Source: an uncultured Candidatus Peribacteria bacterium
Lineage (GTDB): Bacteria; Patescibacteriota; Gracilibacteria; CAIRYL01
Assembly: GCA_964509985.1 (NCBI GenBank)
Contig: CAZDZQ010000010.1
Span: forward strand, 6,187 to 70,186
DNA: 64,000 nucleotides
Reading direction: 5' to 3'
Below, in pieces: positions 45,374 through 55,030 of this stretch. How positions within the stretch are numbered: position 1 is the first letter of the stretch; each line of letters starts with the position of its first letter. A program made the translations under genes and the position numbers. A model generated the notes under the pieces. It saw nothing but the letters and a program-made list of their open reading frames with translations. It searched no databases and was not told where the DNA came from.

Positions 45374-46798
45374 TTAATAATTGTCTGACAAATCATTTTG
45401 AAACAAAATAGTATCACCTTTTTTCAAAACATTTATAAGGTCTGCGTGTGCTTGGTCTACTGTATCATATTCTATAATTTTAATATTGTTTTTAATATTC
45501 AAATTTAAATTAATATTATTTTTGATAATTTTAGTATTTTGATTTTTAATCAATAATAAAACATCTACATAACTTGGATATATTGAGGCTAAGTTTTCAT
45601 GAATTTTTTTTGTATCTTTTCCAAGTTCTACAATTCCAGGAGTTAAAACTATTTTTCTACCAGATGCTCTATCTAGTGTTTTTAAAGCGGATATAAATCC
45701 ATCAAAATTTCCATTATAGCTATCGTCAATAACAGTTACTCCTGTTTGTTTATTTTTTAAAATTTCTAGTCTATGTGGAACATGATTCAAATTTTTAATA
45801 CCTTTTTGTATATTTTCTGCTGATAAATTTAAAATTTCTGTAAGTTTTAAGCAAAAATAAATTGATGAAATTATGTGGTTTGCAATCAGTTTTGTTTCGC
45901 ATTTTATATATTTATTCTTATATTTATATTCAAAGCTGATACCAGAAAATTCTGGTAAATAATTTATATTTTTTATATTTTCAGAGTTTTCATAATTATT
46001 TATATCCATACTTATTATTTCTTGTTTATTTTTCTGTTTATTAAAAATATCTAAATAATTTGTAATATTTTTATCTGAAATGTTTACAAATGCTTTTTGT
46101 GTAGTAGCTGTTACAATTTCAAATTTTGCTTTTTTTATATTTCCATGGCTTCCAAATCGTTCTAAATGCTGGTTTCCAATTGCTGTTAAAAATGAATAAT
46201 TTGGTTGGATAAAATTGCAAATGCTTTCAATTTCGCCAATATGAAAAGCACCCATTTCCAAAAGCAAAATATCAGATTTTTCAAGATCTTTTTTATTTTT
46301 TAGTAAATAATTTGCAATTCCTAAATCTGTATTAATGTTTCCAGGCACAAGAAATATATTATATTTTTCTTGTAAAAGTGAATATAAAACTGTTTTTATT
46401 GTTGTTTTTCCGTATGAACCTGTGATTCCTATTTTTAAAAATTCAGAATTTTTATTATTAATTTTATTTATTAAATTTTTTGCTTGTTTTAAAATATTAT
46501 TTTTTTTATATAAAACCAATGGAGATATTAATATATCTGCAATTAATATATAAAAAGGAATGAGAACAAATTCTGCAAAGCAATAAATTATTTTTTCAGC
46601 ATAATTAAAAGTAAAATAAATACTAAAAATAAAAAGTAATAATGCAAATGTCATTATTATTTTAGCCCGTAATGTCCAATCAATTTTTCCTCTTTTTGAC
46701 AAACTAAACCAATTTAAGTGAGAGTATACAAATTGTATAAATCTTAGTTTGTCATAATGTTCAGATTGATAGATGTATAAAAGCTGTGAAAAAATCAT
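45374..46798 (-). CDS. Mur ligase family protein (MurF-like) with a hydrophobic N-terminal extension
   Basis: GITGSYGKTTIKT P-loop, plus LLLEMGAFHIGEI, DDSYNGN and LVLTPGIVELG-type blocks. The first ~100 aa contain 2-3 hydrophobic helices. The start codon overlaps the fbp stop by 1 nt (TAATG). Confidence 0.6.
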   Translation of the reverse strand: MIFSQLLYIYQSEHYDKLRFIQFVYSHLNWFSLSKRGKIDWTLRAKIIMTFALLLFIFSIYFTFNYAEKIIYCFAEFVLIPFYILIADILISPLVLYKKNNILKQAKNLINKINNKNSEFLKIGITGSYGKTTIKTVLYSLLQEKYNIFLVPGNINTDLGIANYLLKNKKDLEKSDILLLEMGAFHIGEIESICNFIQPNYSFLTAIGNQHLERFGSHGNIKKAKFEIVTATTQKAFVNISDKNITNYLDIFNKQKNKQEIISMDINNYENSENIKNINYLPEFSGISFEYKYKNKYIKCETKLIANHIISSIYFCLKLTEILNLSAENIQKGIKNLNHVPHRLEILKNKQTGVTVIDDSYNGNFDGFISALKTLDRASGRKIVLTPGIVELGKDTKKIHENLASIYPSYVDVLLLIKNQNTKIIKNNINLNLNIKNNIKIIEYDTVDQAHADLINVLKKGDTILFQNDLSDNY

Positions 46799-47730
46799 TA
46801 TTTTTTATTTAAAATTTCTACAACTTTTGCCACACTTTTAGAACTTCCCAATAATATTGATGTTCTTTGGTGTAATTCTTCAATTTTAATATCAGAAATA
46901 TTCTTGCCAAATTCGTCTACGGCTGCAGCATTTGCATTATTCATTATGTATGCCATGGGTGCACATTCATATAATAGTCGCAATTTTCCTTTTGGATATG
47001 CAGAATGACTTGGGTATGTAAAAATCCCAGATTCTTTGCATAAAATTGAATTGATGTCTGGAACCATACCTCCTGCATATCGTAAAGTTTTTTTCTTTTC
47101 TAAAAAATAGTCTAAGACTTCTTTGTATTCTGGTCGCTCTGTAGATGCTCGTAAATTTCCCATTGCAAATATTTTGGCATTGTCGTTTACCGCAATATTT
47201 TCTTTTGAAAGATGATATTCTCCAATTTCAGAAAGAGTAAATTCATGAGTTTTTCCTGCAAAAGAAAGCATTGCAGTGGTTCGAGGTCCATATTGAATAT
47301 ATCCTGCAGCAACTAAATCATTTCCAGATTTGCCTAAAAATCCATTTCCTTCCCAAATTCCAAAAATTGTTCCAACACATCCATTTGTGTCTAATAAAGA
47401 AGAACCGTCTAAAGGGTCAAATGCGACAGAATAAAATCCCTTATCACCATTTATGCTTACTTCATTTTCTTGTTCTTCTGAAGCAAAAGACGCAACTAAT
47501 TCTGATTCTGATAAAATTTTACAAAATATTTGATCACATTTTATATCTAATGCCAGTTGTTCTTCTCCTTGTATATTTACCTCTCCGCTTTTTCCAGTTT
47601 CTTCTGTTCTGATAGCATGTTCTGCGTATTTACTCGCTCGCATAATTTCTACAATTACTCGTTGTAAATTTGATGGGATATTATTGTTATTTTTATTGCT
47701 TTCAAATAAAAAATTGTGAAGAGATTGCAT
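46798..47730 (-). CDS. fbp: fructose-1,6-bisphosphatase, class 1
   Basis: ASEEQE, AFDPLDGSS, YGPRT, LRYAGGMVPDINSIL and LRLLYECAPMAYI are class I FBPase motifs. Confidence 0.85.
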   Translation of the reverse strand: MQSLHNFLFESNKNNNNIPSNLQRVIVEIMRASKYAEHAIRTEETGKSGEVNIQGEEQLALDIKCDQIFCKILSESELVASFASEEQENEVSINGDKGFYSVAFDPLDGSSLLDTNGCVGTIFGIWEGNGFLGKSGNDLVAAGYIQYGPRTTAMLSFAGKTHEFTLSEIGEYHLSKENIAVNDNAKIFAMGNLRASTERPEYKEVLDYFLEKKKTLRYAGGMVPDINSILCKESGIFTYPSHSAYPKGKLRLLYECAPMAYIMNNANAAAVDEFGKNISDIKIEELHQRTSILLGSSKSVAKVVEILNKK

Positions 47731-47795
47731 GATATATTTTGTTAAAAAAATGTTATAAATATAGTTTATTTTTAGTTATTTGGTCATTAAATAGT

Positions 47796-50700
47796 CTAGT
47801 TTTCTAAAACGCTAATTTTTTCTTTTATTTCTTCATATTGTGCTTTTGTTTGTGCCACTAAATGATCTGGTGCGTTATCCATATATTTTTTATTTGCTAT
47901 TCTTTTTTCTAAATTTTGTAGCATTTTATACGCTGATTCTAATTCTTTTTCTTTTCGTTCTTTTTCTTTTTCCATGTCTAACATTCCAGCTAAAGGAAGA
48001 AAAATTTCTGTTCCGTCAATAATATCACTAACACATTCTTCGCTTGGTTTTTCGTCTTCTGATGTAATGAATGTAAGAGTCTCAAGTCTGGCAAGAGAAG
48101 AAATTGTATTTGCTGTATTTTGTAATTCTTGTAAAATTTCAGAATTTTTTACAAATAATACTGCTTTTATTTTTTTTACAGGATCCACTTTTGATGCAGA
48201 ACGCAATGATCTAATTTTTGCTGTTACATTTTTAAATATTTCAAATTTTTCTTCTGCAGATATATCAATTTTTTCTGTATTGATTTCTGGAAAATCTTCA
48301 AGTGCAAGCAATGTTGTATTTCCAAATTCTGACCAAATTTGTTCTGTTACAAATGGAATATATGGGTGTAAAAGTTTTAAAAGTGTTGTTAAAACTTCTT
48401 GAAGAGTTCTTCCAATCGTTTTACTTTCTGTAGATTTTGCTGATTCAATTGCCCAGTCTGCAAGTTCGTTCCATGTAAAATCATAAAGTTTTTGTCCTAC
48501 TTCTCCATATTTATGATTTTCTATTCCTGTTCGCACTTCTTCTATTAGTTTTTGAGTTTTAGATAAAATCCATTTTTCTGGCAGAGAAATATTTTCTGTT
48601 TTATTATTATTTTCGTTATTTTCTAAGCTTTTAATATATCGAGAAACATTCCATAATTTATTTGCAAAATTTCTAAATCCTTCAATTTTTTTCTCTCCTA
48701 AATTTACCTGATTCCCCGGTGTTGTCCCTATAATTAAAGACATTCTTACTGCATCTGTTCCAAATTTTTCAATCATATCTAATGGATCAATTCCATTTCC
48801 TTTAGATTTACTCATTTTTTTTCCGTGTTCGTCACACACCAATCCGTGTAAATATACATCTGAAAAAGGATTTTTCCCTGTTGTAAATTTAGAAAACATA
48901 ATCATTCTTGCTACCCAGAAAAATAAAATATCATGTCCTGTTTCTAGAACTGAGGTTGGGAAAAATTTTTCAAAATCTGGAGTTTTATCAGGCCAACCAA
49001 GGGTTGAAAATGGCCATAATGCAGAAGAAAACCAAGTATCTAAAGTGTCTTCATCTTGACGCAGTTTTATTTTCCGATTTGTTTTTTCTTGAATATTTTC
49101 AAAGAATTTGTTAAAATCCTTATAGAGAGGAGTTTGACGACTGGGAAATCCCACCACCAGCCTCTTCGCATCTTTTCGAAGTTGCGAGGTAATGCACGAA
49201 GGAGCAGTGGGTCCTTCTAAACTCCTTTTTTTATGATATCTTTGTTTTGAAACAAGAGATTCTAAATACCGTTCGCTGTTTGTCAAAAAGAAATACGAAA
49301 CTATTTCATTTTGTTCTTTTTTTGAATCCAAAACAATTACTACAGATTGCTCATCATGAGGTGCATGAGCGATTAGATATCTTTCATTTTTTTCTGAATT
49401 TTCATAAATTTCTGTTGCATGTTCCAAAAAGTATGGAAGTAAATAAAAATCAGAATTTTCTATTTCATTGTGTCCTAAAAATTTAGGAATCCATCCTTTC
49501 ATTTTTGCATAAATAAATTCAGAAATTTGTACAGTTGGTGTAGAAATTTCTAGAGCTTCTTGCATTTCTGGAGAAAGTTTTCCTACTTCAAAAAATTTAT
49601 TTTTATCATATAATTTTTCTTGTTTTTCTAAATTTAATAAATTTTCTATATTTTTAAAATATTCAGAATAATCTGTTTTTTCAGAATTTTTTTCATATAC
49701 AACAGGTTTCACCATTAATAACGATTCTTTTATTTCACAATTATCCATTTTCCATCGCTTCCAATGTTCAACAATTGTTTCTTTTGTTGCTCCATTTTTT
49801 ACAGCAAAAATAAAGCTGGTAAGTGCAGCATGTCCTACTATTAAAATTTCACCACCTGTTTCAACTTCTGCAATTTTTTCCCAGAATTTTTTTGCAATAA
49901 TTACATATTTTTCTATAGCTTCAAGCCCTTCTTCTGCTTGAATTGTTTCAAGTGCTGTTTTCGTTTTTAAAATAGATTTTGGTTGTCCTTCATATTTTCC
50001 AGCATGAAATTCTTTTAAAATATCCCACACTTCAATATTTTCAGAATTATAACCAAATTCTTCACATGCTATTTTTGCTGTTTGAAAAGCTCTATCAAAA
50101 GAAGAAGAAATTACTTTTGTAATATTAATTTCATTATTTTCTGTTTGTTTTTTCAGTTTTAACCCAAGTTCTTTTGCTTGTTGTTTTCCTTTTTCGGTTA
50201 AAGGCGAGTCTCCACAAATAATTTGATTTACATTATTTTCACTTTCTCCGTGTCGAGTAAATAATAATTTTTGTTCTTTAGCAACATGTTGATTGTTGTC
50301 TTTGTCATACCAAATTGGAATTTGATGCCCCCACCAAATTTGTCGAGAAATACACCAATCTTGTAAATTATCTATCCATTGATCATAAATTTTATTAAAT
50401 CGGTTTGGAACTAAATTTACTAAATCTGAATTTTTATCATAGTCTCCTCTGTTTATTGCTTGAGAAGTTAGTTCTTTTAAAGTAGTTTTTATAGATTTTG
50501 TTGTTGCATTTTTTACAGCTCCAACTCCATCTATCCAATCAAATTTTTTATTTACATCAATAAACCATTGAGGTGAAATCATTGGCTCAATAACGCAACC
50601 AGTTCTATAACATAGTGGCACATTATGTACGTAATCTTTTTCTAGTCCTACAATTAAATTTTTTGCAAGCATAAGTTTTACGGCTCGTTTTCGTGCAATT

Positions 50701-51806
50701 TTCACTTCAACGCCTTCTAATTCTCCTGCAATTTTTGTCATTTTACCTTCAAAATCAATTTTTTCTGTGTAATAATTTTTTAATTTTTCAGGATATTTTT
50801 TTGCCAGTAAATAATCATCTGCAGAATGACACACTGAAATTGTCATAGCTCCAGTTCCTTTATTTATATCAATTACTTCGTCGTCGCATAATACAAAGAA
50901 ATCTCTTTTTCCAGAATATGTTTCATCTGAAAATTTTTCACCTTCAAATTCTTGACCTTGATGAACAGAAATTTTTTCCCATGTTCCTTCTCCTAATTCA
51001 TTAAAGATTTTTGTTCGTCTTTCAATATCATCAAATAATACTTCTGAAAATATAAATTCTTCAGAAATATTTTCTGAATTTGTAAATTTAGCTTTTACAT
51101 AATTTTCTGTAGGATGCAAAACAAGAGGGGAGTTCGCACATTTTGTTTCGGCACGTACAGTACCCATTACAAATTTTCCACATTTTATATAACAAAATGT
51201 ATCTGTTTGGTCTTCATATTCTAACTCATCGTCTGATAAAACAGATTGAGCACCAGTAGACCAGTTAATCATTCGGTATCCTCTTACAATTAAATTGTGT
51301 GAATATAAATCTGAAAAGATTTTTTGAACAGCATTACTCATTCCTAAATCCATGGTAAATCGTTCTCGAGAAAAATCGCAAGTTGCTCCCATTTTAGATA
51401 CTTGTCCAGTGATAGTGGCATGTGTTTTTTCTGTATGTTCAAAACATTTTTCTAAAAATTCTGGACGTGTAAATTCTTCACGAGACGAAACTCCTAAATT
51501 TTTTAAAACTACAGTTTCTGTTGCAATTGCTGCATGATCAGTTCCAGGTGTCCACAATGAAGGAGTTCCATTCATTCGGTTATATCTGGTCATGATATCT
51601 TGAATTACCAGCATCATGGCATGTCCCAAATGAAGTTGTCCTGTTACATTTGGCGGTGGAATTGGCACACAAAAAGTTTTATCCGAAGTTTTCTTTTCAG
51701 ATTTTTTTACTAAATTTTCTTTTGTTTCTGGCTGAGAAATATTTGCAGTATCCCATGCTTTTAAAATATTGGATTCATATTTTTTTGGTTCGTATGCTGT
51801 ATTCAT
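47796..51806 (-). CDS. valS: valine--tRNA ligase with a ~400-aa internal insertion containing a histidine-phosphatase (PGAM-like) domain
   Basis: HIGH region PPPNVTGQLHLGHAM. WCISRQIWWGHQIPIWY. DEDTLDTWFSSALWPFSTLGWP. KMSKS. C-terminal coiled coil. The insert between the WWGH and DTWFSS blocks begins LLFTRHGESENN. Confidence 0.9.
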   Translation of the reverse strand: MNTAYEPKKYESNILKAWDTANISQPETKENLVKKSEKKTSDKTFCVPIPPPNVTGQLHLGHAMMLVIQDIMTRYNRMNGTPSLWTPGTDHAAIATETVVLKNLGVSSREEFTRPEFLEKCFEHTEKTHATITGQVSKMGATCDFSRERFTMDLGMSNAVQKIFSDLYSHNLIVRGYRMINWSTGAQSVLSDDELEYEDQTDTFCYIKCGKFVMGTVRAETKCANSPLVLHPTENYVKAKFTNSENISEEFIFSEVLFDDIERRTKIFNELGEGTWEKISVHQGQEFEGEKFSDETYSGKRDFFVLCDDEVIDINKGTGAMTISVCHSADDYLLAKKYPEKLKNYYTEKIDFEGKMTKIAGELEGVEVKIARKRAVKLMLAKNLIVGLEKDYVHNVPLCYRTGCVIEPMISPQWFIDVNKKFDWIDGVGAVKNATTKSIKTTLKELTSQAINRGDYDKNSDLVNLVPNRFNKIYDQWIDNLQDWCISRQIWWGHQIPIWYDKDNNQHVAKEQKLLFTRHGESENNVNQIICGDSPLTEKGKQQAKELGLKLKKQTENNEINITKVISSSFDRAFQTAKIACEEFGYNSENIEVWDILKEFHAGKYEGQPKSILKTKTALETIQAEEGLEAIEKYVIIAKKFWEKIAEVETGGEILIVGHAALTSFIFAVKNGATKETIVEHWKRWKMDNCEIKESLLMVKPVVYEKNSEKTDYSEYFKNIENLLNLEKQEKLYDKNKFFEVGKLSPEMQEALEISTPTVQISEFIYAKMKGWIPKFLGHNEIENSDFYLLPYFLEHATEIYENSEKNERYLIAHAPHDEQSVVIVLDSKKEQNEIVSYFFLTNSERYLESLVSKQRYHKKRSLEGPTAPSCITSQLRKDAKRLVVGFPSRQTPLYKDFNKFFENIQEKTNRKIKLRQDEDTLDTWFSSALWPFSTLGWPDKTPDFEKFFPTSVLETGHDILFFWVARMIMFSKFTTGKNPFSDVYLHGLVCDEHGKKMSKSKGNGIDPLDMIEKFGTDAVRMSLIIGTTPGNQVNLGEKKIEGFRNFANKLWNVSRYIKSLENNENNNKTENISLPEKWILSKTQKLIEEVRTGIENHKYGEVGQKLYDFTWNELADWAIESAKSTESKTIGRTLQEVLTTLLKLLHPYIPFVTEQIWSEFGNTTLLALEDFPEINTEKIDISAEEKFEIFKNVTAKIRSLRSASKVDPVKKIKAVLFVKNSEILQELQNTANTISSLARLETLTFITSEDEKPSEECVSDIIDGTEIFLPLAGMLDMEKEKERKEKELESAYKMLQNLEKRIANKKYMDNAPDHLVAQTKAQYEEIKEKISVLEN

Positions 51807-51846
51807 AATAAATTATTTTTTAAGATTTTATGTATAAGAATCATAA

Positions 51847-52296
51847 CATAAAGATAAATTTGAGAAAATTATATTTTTATTATTGAAGAAAATTGAACAA
51901 AAATGTGAAGAAGATTCTGCTTTTGAGCAAGAAATACAAAATATACATATACAAAATATACAAAATAATAATAGTTATACAAACAATGGAAATGATTTAA
52001 TAGAAAGTACTATTACGGGAAATCTGACAATTAATAATAAATGAGCTACTGAAACAGCTCACAATAAAACAACTTCACAAAATGAAATATTCGTTGGGCG
52101 AAAAGAAGAGTTAGAAAAAATGTCTAAAATGTTGAAAAGTAATCGAAATTTATTACTTATAAATAGTATTGGTGGAATTGGAAAAACAGCTCTTGCGAGA
52201 GAGTATTTTCATATTGAAAATGAAAAATTTGCAGATGTTTCTTTTGATAGTGTTGGTATAAAAATTATATTTGTATTGCCAAAAAAAGAGGAATAA
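51847..52296 (+). pseudogene. remnant of a STAND/NB-ARC-type P-loop NTPase gene (no ATG start, in-frame TGA, truncated just after Walker A)
   Basis: Frame reads ...ITGNLTINNK[TGA 52042-52044]ATETAHNKTTSQNEIFVGRKEELEKMSKMLKSNRNLLLINSIGGIGKTALAREYF...LPKKEE*. FVGR.EEL...GxGGxGKT is the usual N-terminus of STAND ATPases. Confidence 0.5.
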
Positions 52297-52301
52297 TAAA
52301 T

Positions 52302-52391
52302 GGATATAAGGATAAAATATTTAAACCAAATAATTTTATTACACGAGAAGAATTTTCGAAAATTGTAGTTATATTTTTGGGGGAAAAGTAA
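52302..52391 (+). pseudogene. isolated SLH-motif fragment
   Basis: In another frame: GYKDKIFKPNNFITREEFSKIVVIFLGEK*. This matches the SLH core GYxDxxFxPNxxITRxEF seen in 25764..40736 and 42127..44307. No start codon and no upstream ORF. Confidence 0.45.
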
Positions 52392-52514
52392 TAATTTTTG
52401 AGAAATTATTTTGATACTTATGTTATTTACAAATTTTAAATTAGGAAATGTATTGGTGAAATGTTACCTTTTTTATATAAAAAATGAACAAATTACTATT
52501 TAGAATTTAAATTA

Positions 52515-53951
52515 ATGAGTAAAAAATTAACGTTACCAGAATTACTATTACCAGCAGGAAGTAAAGATAAAGCATTAACAGTATTTCGATATGGAGCTGA
52601 TGCTGTTTATGTTGGGGTTCCAATGTTTTCACTTCGTACACGAGAAAATAATGTTACAGATGAAGATATTATAGAGGTTTTAAATTTTGCACGAAAAGAT
52701 AAAAATAATATAAAAAAAGTATATGTTACTTTAAATGGATTTCCACATGAATTTGCAATTGAACAAATAAAAAAACATTTAGCTTTTCTAGAAGAAATTA
52801 AGCCTGATGGAATTATTTTTGCAGATTTAGGAGTTTTATCATTAGCGAGAGAATATGCTCCAAGTGTGCCAAAACATTTATCAGTACAAACCAGTACGGT
52901 AAATATTCCTGCTATGAAAATGTGGATGGAAATGGGTGTAGAGCGTGTTATTCTTGCACGAGAAATGGCAATTAGAGAAGTTGCAAAAATTCATAAAGCC
53001 TTGCCAGATTTAGAGTTAGAATATTTTATCCACGGAGCCGTGTGCATGGCATATTCAGGGAGATGTTTGCTTTCAAATTTTACAGGTGGGCGAGATGCAA
53101 ACCGTGGAGCGTGTAACCATACATGTCGGTGGAATTATAGAGTTTTTGATGAAGATGGACGAATTGTAAATGTTAGTGATCATGAAGAGCATAAAAATAA
53201 TAGCATCGATAAAAAATCTGAGTGTGAAAATAAAGAAGATATGTTAAAAAATGCAAAATCAATTAGAGATTTTGAAAAATTAAATTATTGGGAAGAAGAA
53301 GAAAGAAAAGGTGAAATTATCCCTGTAGAAGAAGATTTTCATGGAACTCATATAATGTCTTCTAAAGATATGTGTATGATTGAAGATATGCAAAAAATTG
53401 CAGAAGCTGGAGTGTGTTCGTTGAAAGTGGAAGGGCGAAATAAAACAGCATATTACGCAGCAACAATAGCAAGAGCATATAGAAAAGCGTTGGATAATTA
53501 CGCAGCAGGAATTGAAGTAGATGAAAACTTATGGGATGAGATTAATGCTACTGCTAACCGAGGATTTTTTCCTGGATTTTTAAATGGAAAGCCTCGAAAA
53601 GGCTCTGTTAAGTTTGATGCAAATTCAAGTAAAGCAAATAAAGAATTTGCAGGAAGGGTTGTTTCTTGGAAAGATGGAAGATTAGAACTTATTGTCAAAA
53701 ATAAAATTGAAGCAGGTGCAAAATTAGAAGTTGTTATGCCAAATATGGATGATGATTTTATTCTTATTGCAAAAGATATGAAATTTGGAGAAAAATCTGT
53801 TGATGTTGTGCATGGTGGAAATATTAACAAAACAGTTACAATAGACTGTCCTCAGAAAATTGAAGAAGGAATTTTTATTCGTCAAGAAGCACACAATCCT
53901 GGTATAAAAAAAACTCCTGCTGAAATTGCAGCAGAAAGTTATAAAGCGTAA
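52515..53951 (+). CDS. peptidase U32 family protein (YegQ/TrhP-like)
   Basis: ELLLPAGSKDKALTVFRYGADAVYVG, GIIFADLG, FIHGAVCMAYSGRCLLSN and CNHTCRWNY are the characteristic U32 blocks. Confidence 0.8.
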   Translation: MSKKLTLPELLLPAGSKDKALTVFRYGADAVYVGVPMFSLRTRENNVTDEDIIEVLNFARKDKNNIKKVYVTLNGFPHEFAIEQIKKHLAFLEEIKPDGIIFADLGVLSLAREYAPSVPKHLSVQTSTVNIPAMKMWMEMGVERVILAREMAIREVAKIHKALPDLELEYFIHGAVCMAYSGRCLLSNFTGGRDANRGACNHTCRWNYRVFDEDGRIVNVSDHEEHKNNSIDKKSECENKEDMLKNAKSIRDFEKLNYWEEEERKGEIIPVEEDFHGTHIMSSKDMCMIEDMQKIAEAGVCSLKVEGRNKTAYYAATIARAYRKALDNYAAGIEVDENLWDEINATANRGFFPGFLNGKPRKGSVKFDANSSKANKEFAGRVVSWKDGRLELIVKNKIEAGAKLEVVMPNMDDDFILIAKDMKFGEKSVDVVHGGNINKTVTIDCPQKIEEGIFIRQEAHNPGIKKTPAEIAAESYKA

Positions 53952-53965
53952 TATTATATTTATAA

Positions 53966-54958
53966 ATGCAAAAATATAAAATATTAAAAGATGTATTGGA
54001 TTTTGCAAAAAATAAATTGTATAAGTTTGATATAGAAACTCCAAACTTGGATATTGCGATACTTGCATCTGAGGCTTTTGGATTATCAAAAATACAACTT
54101 GTTACAAAAGAGTATGTAAGTTTTGAAAAATTAAATATTTCGGATAATCAAATTCAGGATTTTTTATATTTTATAGGGTTACGATGTAAAAAAAATAGTA
54201 TTTCTGAGATTTTAGGAATTAAAAATTTTTATGGATTGGATTTTATTATTACAAAAGATGTTTTAACCCCTCGTCCAGAAACTGAAATTTTAGTAGAAAA
54301 TTTTACAAATTATATTTTAGAATATCTTGATAAAAAAACAGATGAAAAAGTAGATAACATTAATAAAAAAATTAAAATAATAGATATTGGTACAGGCTCT
54401 GGATGTATTGCAGTGAGTGTTGCAAAAATTCTAGAAAAAAAAATAATAAAAAAAAATTATGCTTTAGAAATTATTGCATGTGATATTTCTGAAAAAGCAC
54501 TAAGTATTGCAAAAAAAAATATAGAAAAACATGAAGTATCACATATTATAAAAACTCAAAAATCTGATTTGCTTAAAAATATTATAAAAAATGATAAAAA
54601 ATTTTTAGAAAATAGTTTTATTATTACAAATCTTCCTTATATTCCAGAAGAAGATCAGAAAATAATGAGTGAAGAAGTCTTGAGTGGAGATCCAAATTTA
54701 GCTCTTTTTTCTGGAAAAACAGGTACTGATTTATATAAAAAATTATTTGAAAACTTATTTAAGCAATCTTCAAATTTCTTTGAAATAAATTCATGCTTTT
54801 TTGAGTTTGATTCTGGTGTTCTTTCTGTTGAGAATAACACAGGAAAAAACTATCAAAAAGATTATTATAAAAAATTATTAAATAATAATAATAATATTAA
54901 TATTGACTTTTTTTCTGATTATGCAGATTGTGAACGATTTGGTAAAATCTTATTTTAA
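53966..54958 (+). CDS. prmC: release-factor glutamine N5-methyltransferase (HemK/PrmC-like)
   Basis: VLTPRPETEILVE, IDIGTGSGCIAVSVA and the ITNLPYI (NPPY-type) motif. Confidence 0.7.
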   Translation: MQKYKILKDVLDFAKNKLYKFDIETPNLDIAILASEAFGLSKIQLVTKEYVSFEKLNISDNQIQDFLYFIGLRCKKNSISEILGIKNFYGLDFIITKDVLTPRPETEILVENFTNYILEYLDKKTDEKVDNINKKIKIIDIGTGSGCIAVSVAKILEKKIIKKNYALEIIACDISEKALSIAKKNIEKHEVSHIIKTQKSDLLKNIIKNDKKFLENSFIITNLPYIPEEDQKIMSEEVLSGDPNLALFSGKTGTDLYKKLFENLFKQSSNFFEINSCFFEFDSGVLSVENNTGKNYQKDYYKKLLNNNNNINIDFFSDYADCERFGKILF

Positions 54959-54980
54959 ATTTAAAAAAAGTAAATTAAAT

Positions 54981-55015
54981 AAAAAAACTAGAAATAATTA
55001 TTTCTAGTTTTTTTT
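54981..55015. terminator. bidirectional terminator between prmC and rpmA
   Basis: AAAAAAA-CTAGAAATA-AT-TATTTCTAG-TTTTTTTT. Perfect inverted repeat flanked by A and T runs. Confidence 0.65.
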
Positions 55016-55030
55016 ATAGGTCTGGATTTA

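Noticed and set aside
49065-50270. Could the valS insertion be an intein or an intron?
   Set aside because: The junctions lack intein hallmarks: no Cys/Ser/Thr at the insert's first residue and no terminal His-Asn followed by Cys/Ser/Thr. The insert is in frame without stops and contains an enzyme-like domain rather than ribozyme-like sequence.
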